The position numbers were made by a program, and so were the translations under genes. Source: Candidatus Parcubacteria bacterium (GTDB lineage Bacteria > Patescibacteriota > Minisyncoccia > UBA6257 > 2-01-FULL-56-20). Taken from it: a stretch of DNA of 64,000 bases. Below the pieces are notes generated by a model, which saw only the letters and a list, made by a program, of their open reading frames with translations, was not told where the DNA came from and did not search any database. Position 1 is the first letter of the stretch. Each line of letters starts with the position of its first letter. Location: the NCBI GenBank assembly GCA_027324805.1, contig DAHVRZ010000002.1, forward strand, positions 85,658-149,657, given 5' to 3'. Below, one piece after another: positions 36,167-47,198 of the stretch.

Positions 36167-36862
36167 TCAGAACGAGAAATCCTCGCGGGTACCGCCAATC
36201 GCCTTCTGGAGCAGCGCCAGGCCACGCCGGTGTTTGCTTTTTATCGTATCGATAGGTTCCTCGAGTATTTCCGCGATCTCGCGGAATTTGAGATGTTCGC
36301 CGTAGCGAAGCGTGAGCACGGTGCGGTAGGAAGGCGCAAGTCCCTGTAGAACCCCTTCAAGATGAGCCTTCATCTGCCTTTTTTCGAGCGCTTCGTCGGG
36401 GAGATCCGCTCCTTCGGATTCCGAAAGATAAGGCGCCAGGAACGTATCAAGATCACCATCCCCTTCTTCGATCTTGGAGAACAGCACCGGCCTCTTTTTT
36501 TTCAGAAAATCGAGCGCCGTGTTTTTCGCTATGGTAAGCAACCACGTCCTGAAATTGCGATTCACGTCGAATTTCTTGATATACTTCCATGCTTTAATGA
36601 ACACTTCCTGTACGACGTCGTTCGTGTCGTCGACGTTCTGCAGATAGCGGTACGTGAACTTGTACGTCATGGAAAGGTGCCGTTCAAGGAGCGCCGCAAA
36701 ACTGCCTTCGTCTCCGCCAAGGAATGATTCGATGAGTACGCGATCGGTCTCGCCGGCATATTCGCGCGCGACCGCGCCGAGATCCCTGCCTATTTCCCCC
36801 GCACGCGAACGCCCCGCGAGCGCGGCAAAGAACGGCATATCATTTTCGAGCCGATGTTCCAT
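36167..36862 (-). CDS. ECF RNA polymerase sigma factor
   Basis: DVVQEVFIKAW, FRTWLLTIAKNTALD, EIAEILEEPIDTIKSKHRR. Confidence 0.93.
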   Translation of the reverse strand: MEHRLENDMPFFAALAGRSRAGEIGRDLGAVAREYAGETDRVLIESFLGGDEGSFAALLERHLSMTYKFTYRYLQNVDDTNDVVQEVFIKAWKYIKKFDVNRNFRTWLLTIAKNTALDFLKKKRPVLFSKIEEGDGDLDTFLAPYLSESEGADLPDEALEKRQMKAHLEGVLQGLAPSYRTVLTLRYGEHLKFREIAEILEEPIDTIKSKHRRGLALLQKAIGGTREDFSF

Positions 36863-36877
36863 AATAACGTCACCTTA

Positions 36878-37342
36878 TCACATCCCTCCCGATCCGTCAC
36901 CCTTCGAATACAGCCCCGTGAGCAGTGCCTTCCCCACCACCCTCCCTTCCATGGATTCCATCAGATCATTCACCGATGACCCTTCGGGAATATCGATTGG
37001 TCCCGCAACCGCATACAGCCTGAACTCGTAATGATGGAAGTTGCCGGGCGGCGGGCATGGCCCCATATAACCGATCCTTCCTGCGCCATTTTTCCCCTCC
37101 ATCGCACCCGGCGGCACGCTCTCCTCTTTGATGAGCACCGTTCCGGGATCGATGTTCCATACCACCCAATGAACGAACCCTCCTTCAATGGGAGCGTCGG
37201 GATCGTGGACGACAAGCGCAAGCGAACCTGCCTCGGGCGGGACGTTCTGGATCTGCAACTCCGGATTGATATCGCCCCCCTCGCAGGTGAACTTGCGCGG
37301 AATAGGATCCCCTTCGGCGAAAGACGGACTTGTAATGATCAT
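36878..37342 (-). CDS. YbhB/YbcL (PEBP) family protein
   Basis: HDPDAP, HWVVWNI, YMGPCPP, HHYEFRLYA. Confidence 0.93.
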   Translation of the reverse strand: MIITSPSFAEGDPIPRKFTCEGGDINPELQIQNVPPEAGSLALVVHDPDAPIEGGFVHWVVWNIDPGTVLIKEESVPPGAMEGKNGAGRIGYMGPCPPPGNFHHYEFRLYAVAGPIDIPEGSSVNDLMESMEGRVVGKALLTGLYSKGDGSGGM

Positions 37343-37367
37343 CGTGTTGGTATGTATCGGATCATTA

Positions 37368-37706
37368 TTATGATTTTTTCGAATATTCGTCATATTCGCG
37401 ACGCATCGCGGCGAGCACGGCCGCGGCCCGGGGCTTTGTCACCCCCGGATAGCGCCAGGCGCTTATGACGCGCCGCTCTTTTGGCCCGTCCTGCACCATC
37501 ACCCAGATCTCCTGCGTCCAGGCATCTTTCGATTTGAGCGATGACGGCTGCATGACCGCGACCGTCCTCGGCGCGACCCCTTCCTCGGTGCGCCGCGGCG
37601 AATGGAGCACGCGCCGGACGCGCGCCGGCGACAGCCGGTACTGCCGCATCTTCACCTGTGCGTGAACGGTCCATTCGAGCTGTACCGGTCCCTTTACGAT
37701 CGGCAT
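37368..37706 (-). CDS. Conserved hypothetical protein (DUF4258-like)
   Basis: WTVHAQVKM..EIWVM..ISAWRYPG. Confidence 0.7.
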   Translation of the reverse strand: MPIVKGPVQLEWTVHAQVKMRQYRLSPARVRRVLHSPRRTEEGVAPRTVAVMQPSSLKSKDAWTQEIWVMVQDGPKERRVISAWRYPGVTKPRAAAVLAAMRREYDEYSKKS

Positions 37707-37752
37707 GTGATCATTATATTCCGGAGCGATCAATAAAATCCGAAGACGGCGC

Positions 37753-38724
37753 CTAGCGCGCGATGAGCTTTTTGAACTCTTCCACCATCGGCACCTGTTC
37801 CGGTTCCGTTCCGTACATTTTTGCCGTATAATAGGCCGTCCAGTCGGCGAGATTGAGCGCATTGAATATCTTTCCGATGCGCGTCTTGCCCTGAAGAAGC
37901 ACCACGTCCGTCTTGAACCCGCGGTCGCGGTAAAGTTTCTCAAGTACGTTCATGCGCTTCGTGATTCTCCGATCATCATCGCCGTCCTTTAGGATGACAA
38001 AGTGAAAGTTGCGGGAGATCGCGGTCGCTTTCGCTTTGGCATCGAAGCCGGTCATTTCGTTGTGATTAAGCTCTGGCACCACATTGAAGAATGCCGGGAT
38101 CTTTCCCGTCTCGTTGAATTTGATCTTCCAATTGTATGCGACCGCCCCGTTTCTGTCCGACGTATAAATGACGGGCACGTTGCCGTAAAGTTTGCGTGCA
38201 AGCTCTTTCGCCCGGTGCTCCTCCTGGATCGGATGGAGTTGATTCACGAGCGTCTTCGTTTCCGCAAGCAGAGCCTTCTCCCCCATGAGCGCGAGCGTCG
38301 CCCTGAGCATGCGCGGCGTCTCCATGCGCGGCTGGATATTCATGTGCGGGATCTGCACATACGGGATTTTGTTCTTTATTGCGAGCGAAAGGAGCTTGCC
38401 GTGGGAGGCGACCACCGCCATCGAGAGCTTCTTCGCCTTTGCAGCAGCGAATGCGTCAACCACCTCCTCCGTATTGCCGGAATACGAGCTTAGAATGACG
38501 AGCCGGTCCTTAAGGTCCTTGTCGGCCAGCTTCGGCAGGCCGTAATCCGACCATACGACGAGGTCCAGTTCCGGATGCCATATCTTGATAAGGTCGGCCG
38601 CAAGGTGCGATCCGCCCATTCCGATCACCAAAAACTTGGCGTATTTCTTGAGTTTTCCGGCATTTTCGACGACGGGTTCGTACTCGAACTGCTTATTGTA
38701 GGTTTTGATGTCGTTCGGCAGCAT
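37753..38724 (-). CDS. Bifunctional phosphoglucose/phosphomannose isomerase
   Basis: GMGGS, SYSGNTEE, WKIKFNETGK, PELNHNE. Confidence 0.92.
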   Translation of the reverse strand: MLPNDIKTYNKQFEYEPVVENAGKLKKYAKFLVIGMGGSHLAADLIKIWHPELDLVVWSDYGLPKLADKDLKDRLVILSSYSGNTEEVVDAFAAAKAKKLSMAVVASHGKLLSLAIKNKIPYVQIPHMNIQPRMETPRMLRATLALMGEKALLAETKTLVNQLHPIQEEHRAKELARKLYGNVPVIYTSDRNGAVAYNWKIKFNETGKIPAFFNVVPELNHNEMTGFDAKAKATAISRNFHFVILKDGDDDRRITKRMNVLEKLYRDRGFKTDVVLLQGKTRIGKIFNALNLADWTAYYTAKMYGTEPEQVPMVEEFKKLIAR

Positions 38725-38797
38725 TCCTCTATTATACGCCCGATCGGCCCATTTCGTGCGCAAAGCTGTGGATTGCCGCCTGGATCCGATTTTTGCC

Positions 38798-41308
<2,511 letters not shown>

Positions 41309-41342
41309 GGATTACATTATACTACGCCCGGAATCGGTACTC

Positions 41343-42035
41343 TTATGCACTGTCTCCGGAATGTATGGAATAACCGTAACCATATATCGTTTTTATCATC
41401 CTTTGCGATTCCGGCCTTCCGCGATCGATTTTGGCCCGCAAAAAGCTGATATGGACATCCACCGTGTTCGTGAAGGCATCCGCGTCCGCATTCCATATAT
41501 GCCTAAAGATCGCATCCCGTGCGACCGGAACACCGGCGTTGCGCATGAGATACTCCAAAAGATCGAATTCCCTGCGGCCCAGCGCAAGCTGTTTTCCCTC
41601 CCGCATTACTCTGCGGGAGGCCGCTTCGAGGGTAATATCCCCGACCGCAAGCACCGTTCCCACCACTTTCTTCTCCCGCCGCAAAAGCGCGCGCAAGCGA
41701 GCAAGGATCTCGACCATCGCGAACGGCCTCGCTACGCAATCGTCCGCGCCAAGGTCAAGCACAAGCGCTTTCGATACGGGCGACGTTTCCGGTGAAATCA
41801 CAAGGATCGGCAATCCTGCGCCTCGCTCCCGGAGCATGCGGATCGTCTCAAACCATCCTTCTTCCATCTGTCCGCTTCCCAGATCGATCACCGCCGCATC
41901 GCATTTCCCCTTTTTTTCGCACTCCCGAAATTCTCCGCCGGAAGCGGCGCCTTCCGCGGAAAAATTTCCACCTCGCAATCCTTTCATCAAGGAATCCCTT
42001 GCCGCTCCATCATCTCCCGCAACCAATATGCGCAT
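41343..42035 (-). CDS. Orphan OmpR-family response regulator with atypical receiver
   Basis: GADD..RPF, REFDLLEYL, VDVHISFLRAKI, IKTIYGYGY. Confidence 0.88.
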   Translation of the reverse strand: MRILVAGDDGAARDSLMKGLRGGNFSAEGAASGGEFRECEKKGKCDAAVIDLGSGQMEEGWFETIRMLRERGAGLPILVISPETSPVSKALVLDLGADDCVARPFAMVEILARLRALLRREKKVVGTVLAVGDITLEAASRRVMREGKQLALGRREFDLLEYLMRNAGVPVARDAIFRHIWNADADAFTNTVDVHISFLRAKIDRGRPESQRMIKTIYGYGYSIHSGDSA

Positions 42036-42098
42036 GGTTTTTATCAAACTACCGCATATTACTTCAAGAAATCATAAAGATTTTATGAACGACATCAA

Positions 42099-42128
42099 AA
42101 AAGGCACGGCAGTACTGCCGTGCCTTTT
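42099..42128. terminator. Perfect 30-bp palindrome, terminator after the FKBP gene
   Basis: AAAAGGCACGGCAGTACTGCCGTGCCTTTT. Confidence 0.75.
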
Positions 42129-42147
42129 CCGATGCCGGAGCTATCGC

Positions 42148-42693
42148 TTACTTCCCTGCAGGGTTCGACACTGAGACGAGCGTGATCGTAAAGTGGAGCG
42201 TTGAATTTGCCGGAATGGGCCCGTTGGCCTGCGACCCGTATCCGAGTGCCGGAGGGATCGTGAGCTCGCGAACGCCGCCCACGCGCATACCGAGCACGCC
42301 GAGATTCCATCCTTCAATGACGCCTCCGGGTCCCGAGTTGCCCAGAGTAAAACTGAACGACTGGCCGTGCGACGCCGAGCTGTCGAAAACGGTGCCGTTA
42401 TCGAGTTTGCCGACATACTCGACGGTCACCATATCGCCGTTCTCGGCGACCGTTCCCGTACCGACCGTAAGGTCCTTTATCTGAAGTCCATCCATGGATT
42501 GTGATGATGTTACGTTTGTTGATGTTGCCGATGATGCAGCCGAAGCCTGCGTCTGCGGATTCGACGCCTGATCCGCGACGGTTGCCGGAATATTGGAAGG
42601 GTTGTTGATATTGGTGTTCACATACCACGATGCAACACCGATGATTACCGCCCCAAGCACCACGAACGCCGCAATAAGGAGTCCCTGTTTCAT
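42148..42693 (-). CDS. FKBP-type peptidyl-prolyl isomerase
   Basis: YVGKLDNGTVFDSS, VIEGW, IPPALGYG, IPANSTLHF. Confidence 0.95.
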   Translation of the reverse strand: MKQGLLIAAFVVLGAVIIGVASWYVNTNINNPSNIPATVADQASNPQTQASAASSATSTNVTSSQSMDGLQIKDLTVGTGTVAENGDMVTVEYVGKLDNGTVFDSSASHGQSFSFTLGNSGPGGVIEGWNLGVLGMRVGGVRELTIPPALGYGSQANGPIPANSTLHFTITLVSVSNPAGK

Positions 42694-42729
42694 AAAGTTT
42701 TTGGTTATGAAATTTATTTTTATTTTGAC

Positions 42730-43053
42730 CTATGATATCTTCGCACCCGGCGGCACATCACCCCCCGGCAGAAGCAATACCGGTGCTTCATCGGCACCGT
42801 GGGCCGCAAGAAGCATCCCCCGACTCTCGTGTCCCATGAGCATGCGCGGTTCGAGGTTCGCGATGATCACGACCTTCTTACCCACCAGGCTTTCCGGCTC
42901 ATAATGCTTCGCTATCCCCGAAAGGATCTGCCGCGGTGCCTCTTCGCCGAGGTCAACATTAAGTTTGAGCAGTTTTTCGGATCCTTCCACGCGCTCCGCA
43001 GAAGTGATCTCGCCCACGCGGAGGTCGGCATTCTTGAATTCATCGATTGTCAT
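42730..43053 (-). CDS. Stand-alone tRNA-binding OB domain (MetRS C-terminal/Trbp111/CsaA)
   Basis: DLRVGEI, RQILSGI, NLEPRMLMGHESRGMLLAA. Confidence 0.9.
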   Translation of the reverse strand: MTIDEFKNADLRVGEITSAERVEGSEKLLKLNVDLGEEAPRQILSGIAKHYEPESLVGKKVVIIANLEPRMLMGHESRGMLLAAHGADEAPVLLLPGGDVPPGAKIS

Positions 43054-43125
43054 ACGCGAAATGATATCACAGAACCCCGGCACGCGGAAGCGGCGCGGCA
43101 AGCGTGCACAGTATGATTTCGGGTA

Positions 43126-44226
43126 CTAGAGACCAATGGACGACGTTGCTATAGGAAGGGTCACCGTGACACCGGTCCCTCCCCCGCCGTTCCTGGCATT
43201 GGCATTGCCGTTGCCATTACCGCCGTCGCCGTCCGAGCCATCAGCACCGCTTCTTCCGCCGTTATCATTTCCATATACCGATGCCGAAGGAAGCGAAGGA
43301 GCGGGATTCTCCGTGGAAGATGTCATCGTCCCGGAAGCGTACGTATCGACGAAGACGGGGGCTTCGGTCCCGATCGCCGTCGAAGTGGCGGTCGACAACA
43401 TATTCTCCGACGTATCCCCGTGCACATAATGGTCTTCTTTTATCCGAATCTGGATCTTATCGTGGAAATCCGCGGGTATGGAGACGGATGCATTTGACGG
43501 CACCGACGATGACGCGGAATCGGCGGATGCCGCTTCCGCTCCCGTTACCGCGGCGCAATCGGCGGATGCCGCCGCCGAAAGCGTTTGATTCACCCGCAAA
43601 CGCTCCCCGATGCTGATCTCGTCGCCGTATCCCCTCCCGCCATGATCCGAAGACGATTCCATCGTCGAGGAAACCGACATCGGCGCCGGTGACACGATAC
43701 TGCAGAATGACGAGAGCGCTTCGCCCTTCAAATGAACGTGTGCGGCAGCGACGATGGAACTGCTCACTTCGCTATCCATATTGCTGGTAAGGTTTGCGAC
43801 GAGCGGCGCATATGCCGCGGCATCCGGGCTCGCCGTGAGCGCATTGATCTCCTGCGCGCGGCGCGCGGCGAAAGAAAGCTCGAGCGCCGGCTTCACCGAA
43901 GCCGGCGCGACGGCGAGGCTCACGTTTTCGGCGAGGCGCTTCAGCGGATAGAGCATGTTCGTCGGAGCGACATTCCGCACATCCGCATACACCGACGTTG
44001 CCGCAACGATCCCAAATGCGGCGGCCCCTGCACCCACGACTTTCCATACCGTACCCCAGGCCTCCCGACGTTTTTCTAAAAACCCGACTCCCTCCCTTCG
44101 GAAGGACTGATGCGCATCATAGGAACTCAAAAAACGCCGCTTCGCTCCTTCGGCAAAACGCCGGTCGGGCATAAGCGATTCCGTGATTTCCCGGCGAAGC
44201 TTTTTTGTTTTTTTGAACCATTTCAT
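43126..44226 (-). CDS. DUF5667-like membrane protein, probable anti-sigma factor
   Basis: TM, PTNMLYPLKRLAE, ARRAQE; follows the ECF sigma gene. Confidence 0.75.
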   Translation of the reverse strand: MKWFKKTKKLRREITESLMPDRRFAEGAKRRFLSSYDAHQSFRREGVGFLEKRREAWGTVWKVVGAGAAAFGIVAATSVYADVRNVAPTNMLYPLKRLAENVSLAVAPASVKPALELSFAARRAQEINALTASPDAAAYAPLVANLTSNMDSEVSSSIVAAAHVHLKGEALSSFCSIVSPAPMSVSSTMESSSDHGGRGYGDEISIGERLRVNQTLSAAASADCAAVTGAEAASADSASSSVPSNASVSIPADFHDKIQIRIKEDHYVHGDTSENMLSTATSTAIGTEAPVFVDTYASGTMTSSTENPAPSLPSASVYGNDNGGRSGADGSDGDGGNGNGNANARNGGGGTGVTVTLPIATSSIGL

Positions 44227-44262
44227 AATGCGCGTACAATTAAAATTTTGTGCGGCAGGCCA

Positions 44263-44823
44263 TCATGCCGCGTCACCGAATTCCTTTCTTACCTTTTCCT
44301 TGACGCGCAGCGCGGCGACACGGAGCGATCCCTCCGATTTCGCAAGCACGACGGCAATATCCTTGTATGGCATTTCCACCACGTATCTCAGCTCGAAAAG
44401 TTCTCGTTCCTCATATTGGAGCGTGGCGAGAAAATCCTTCAGCTTACCGTATCTTATCCTCTCCTCCACATTGGGCATCTCGGTCACGGCCATTCCCTCA
44501 ACCACATCATCTTCGAAAGACGAAAACGGCGCCGCTTTCTTTTCCCGATAATAATCAATGAGGACGTTGCGTGCCATTTGCCAGAACCATACCGTGAATC
44601 GTCCACGGCCTTTATTGAACGTTTCCACCTTTTCCACGAGTTTCAAAAATATATCCTGTGCGAGGTCCTCGGCGACCTCTTTCTTCCCCGTTCTTGCGAA
44701 AAGGAACCCGTACACTTTCGGCAGAAGTTCGTCATAAAGCTCGCCTGCGGCCTTGCGGTCACCCCGCTTCATCCGCAACGCGAGCTTGGTAAGACGATCC
44801 GCTGTCAAAATAGTACGTTCCAT
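44263..44823 (-). CDS. ECF RNA polymerase sigma factor
   Basis: AEDLAQDIFLK, FTVWFWQMARNVLIDYYR, YKDIAVVLAKSEGSLRV. Confidence 0.93.
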   Translation of the reverse strand: MERTILTADRLTKLALRMKRGDRKAAGELYDELLPKVYGFLFARTGKKEVAEDLAQDIFLKLVEKVETFNKGRGRFTVWFWQMARNVLIDYYREKKAAPFSSFEDDVVEGMAVTEMPNVEERIRYGKLKDFLATLQYEERELFELRYVVEMPYKDIAVVLAKSEGSLRVAALRVKEKVRKEFGDAA

Positions 44824-44829
44824 AGGAAA

Positions 44830-44855
44830 TACGCACGGTCACGCGATTTGTTACG
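44830..44855 (-). promoter_or_regulatory. Putative autoregulatory ECF promoter
   Basis: CGTAAC-16 nt-CGTA-6 nt-ATG. Confidence 0.6.
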
Positions 44856-44950
44856 GTATGTATAACGGATCGGAAATGACGTTGGTTTCGTCATTTTTTT
44901 AAAAAATAAAGGCGGTAAATACGCAGGGTCGAAGCGGGTAACATCAGCCA

Positions 44951-47161
44951 TCAAGACCCGCTTCCTATCTTTTGCAATGTGAGGTCAACGACCAGTCGGC
45001 CGGGCGTGCTCGTCGAATCATAGATGAAGCTCGCCAAGCCATTCTCGGCAAAGATATAGCCGAGCGGCGCATCCACCTCGACCTTATATTCCCCTTTCGC
45101 GCCGGAAGGACGCTCAAGCACGAACTCGTATTGCGCTCCATCGGAAGGAACGGCATACAGCGGATGCGAGTAATCGAACGTGACCTGCGTCGAACTTGCC
45201 GCATACGTACGGTCCCATACCGAAAACACCTCCTTCCCCGGGTCGACACCCTGCGCCGCACTCCCCGCAGGAGCGCTCCCGTCGCGCACCGCGACTGCGG
45301 GATAGGAGAATATCTGGGCAGTACTGGACTGCATCGCCCAAAGGAGCGGATCGGTCGAATAACCGTTCCGCGCATAATTTATCGGCTGCGCAACCTTTTT
45401 CACAAACCCTCCGTTCTCGTCCTCGAGCGTACTCCCCAGAGGAACGAACATCTGGAGATAGTCCTGATTCGTCGTGCGATACCACCAATCCGCACGGGGC
45501 GCCGCGTCGCCGTGATGGGCACGGGTGATCGCAACGTGGTCGGTCGCAGTGCCGTCCGCGCCCAACTGGACCGTCCATGCGACGGTCGACGAAACATAAA
45601 GTTCCGACTTGTCGCTGTTTACATCGGTGTTCGATACCGCAAGATAATCGCCGTTGAAATTTTGCGGGAATCGGAACTCGTCCCCTGCCGCACCCACCGT
45701 CCGCAGGAACGTTTCGATATCCGGATTCTTGAAATATATCATCGCATCCTTGTTCCCGACCCAATCGAATGCCAGGTTCAATAATTGCTGCTGGGTATCC
45801 GGCCCTGCCGAAGCGAGCTTCGCAAGCGCCGTCTGCCATAGGACGCCGATCACGCTTTTGGGCGACGAAACCGCCGCTTTCCCTTTTGCCTGACCTTCCT
45901 GCACTATCGCCTGTATCTGCTCCGTGAGGCCGTCCGCGGTGAAGATCGTCGAAGTCGGTGCATCCTTCGCAGGGACAATGCCGAGCTCCGCGTCAGGAAT
46001 GGACACGGGACCGGTGAGCGAGAGGATATCCTGCGCCGCCCGGGGCGTAAGCGCGATGGCGGCATCGAACGTCGTCGATGATGCTCCATACAGTTTCGAC
46101 TGTTCAAAGAGCGCGATCGTCTCCGATGCCGACGTCGGAAAATCGAAGAACCAGTTGCCGTCCGCGGGGCGCCATCCGGTCCCCTCAAGCATAAGCGGCA
46201 CGGGCGGCACGATCTTCCCGCCGAACGCCGCGTCCGCTTCCGCGACATCGTGCACCGAAATTCCCGTGATCGCTCCGCCGCGCACCGAAACATCCGCATA
46301 ACTTCCAATAAACCCGCCTCCGGGCCTCATCTCAGACGGATTCTCAAGGAGTACCAGCACGTGATGCGTTATTGAAGTATCCGCGAACCAGGGAATGAAC
46401 GCATCCAGAAACTTCTCGGCTCCTCCGATCTCCGTGCGGAATGCAAGATAATCCGTACCGCCCGTCTGCGGCACCGCTATCCCGAGTGCACCCAGTTCCG
46501 CGGTCGCATTCGAAAGTTTGCCCATGTCGTCATTTATCCCGGCGAGGGACGTCCTTATATTCTCGAGGTCCCCTACAAGCGAGGTCGTTGTTGCATACTG
46601 CATGGGTGCGGCGGCCGCAGAGGATGATGATTCATTCGCATTCCCGACCGGCATTGACGCAAGCACGCTCCAAAGATCATTCTCAGCACTTCCAATATTC
46701 TGTGTAAGGGAAAACATCCTTCCCGAGAGGTCGCTCCATGCGCCGGCCGCGCCGCTGCCTCCCGAAATAACCGACGCGACCATACCGATCCATCCCGACG
46801 GGCTGCCGCCCTGCGCCGAAAATTCCTTTTCCGCCGAAACGATATCAAAACTGCGGAGATCCTCGACGCCCGCTTTGAGGGATGCTTCGCGCGTCGAAAC
46901 GGCGGTTGCAAGTTCGCGGCGCGCGATCACGTACGATGCGCCGAACCCGGCAACAAAAAATACAATAAGACCCGCGGCGGCCCAAACAATTCCGCGCGGG
47001 AGAGGACGCCTGCGCCGAGGCGACATAAGCGACCCCTGGCGATCATTCTCCGAAGCATCCCTTCCTCCCGCGAACGTTTTTACAAGTTCGTCCGCGCGGA
47101 TCTCTTCGTCAAGATGCGGCGTTTGCAGCCGCCTTTTTGGAATTTCACGGTTTTCCGGCAT
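44951..47161 (-). CDS. DUF4012-domain membrane-anchored protein
   Basis: LVLLENPSEMRPGGGFIGSY, DGNWFFDFPTSA, NSDKSE. Confidence 0.85.
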   Translation of the reverse strand: MPENREIPKRRLQTPHLDEEIRADELVKTFAGGRDASENDRQGSLMSPRRRRPLPRGIVWAAAGLIVFFVAGFGASYVIARRELATAVSTREASLKAGVEDLRSFDIVSAEKEFSAQGGSPSGWIGMVASVISGGSGAAGAWSDLSGRMFSLTQNIGSAENDLWSVLASMPVGNANESSSSAAAAPMQYATTTSLVGDLENIRTSLAGINDDMGKLSNATAELGALGIAVPQTGGTDYLAFRTEIGGAEKFLDAFIPWFADTSITHHVLVLLENPSEMRPGGGFIGSYADVSVRGGAITGISVHDVAEADAAFGGKIVPPVPLMLEGTGWRPADGNWFFDFPTSASETIALFEQSKLYGASSTTFDAAIALTPRAAQDILSLTGPVSIPDAELGIVPAKDAPTSTIFTADGLTEQIQAIVQEGQAKGKAAVSSPKSVIGVLWQTALAKLASAGPDTQQQLLNLAFDWVGNKDAMIYFKNPDIETFLRTVGAAGDEFRFPQNFNGDYLAVSNTDVNSDKSELYVSSTVAWTVQLGADGTATDHVAITRAHHGDAAPRADWWYRTTNQDYLQMFVPLGSTLEDENGGFVKKVAQPINYARNGYSTDPLLWAMQSSTAQIFSYPAVAVRDGSAPAGSAAQGVDPGKEVFSVWDRTYAASSTQVTFDYSHPLYAVPSDGAQYEFVLERPSGAKGEYKVEVDAPLGYIFAENGLASFIYDSTSTPGRLVVDLTLQKIGSGS

Positions 47162-47198
47162 GTACAGGTATAGTGTACCATTGCTATACTGTTTTTAT

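Noticed and set aside
46518-47198. 227-aa N-terminal extension of the glycosyltransferase ORF
   Set aside because: Overlaps the DUF4012 gene on the opposite strand; the real start is the ATG at 47199 after TATACT
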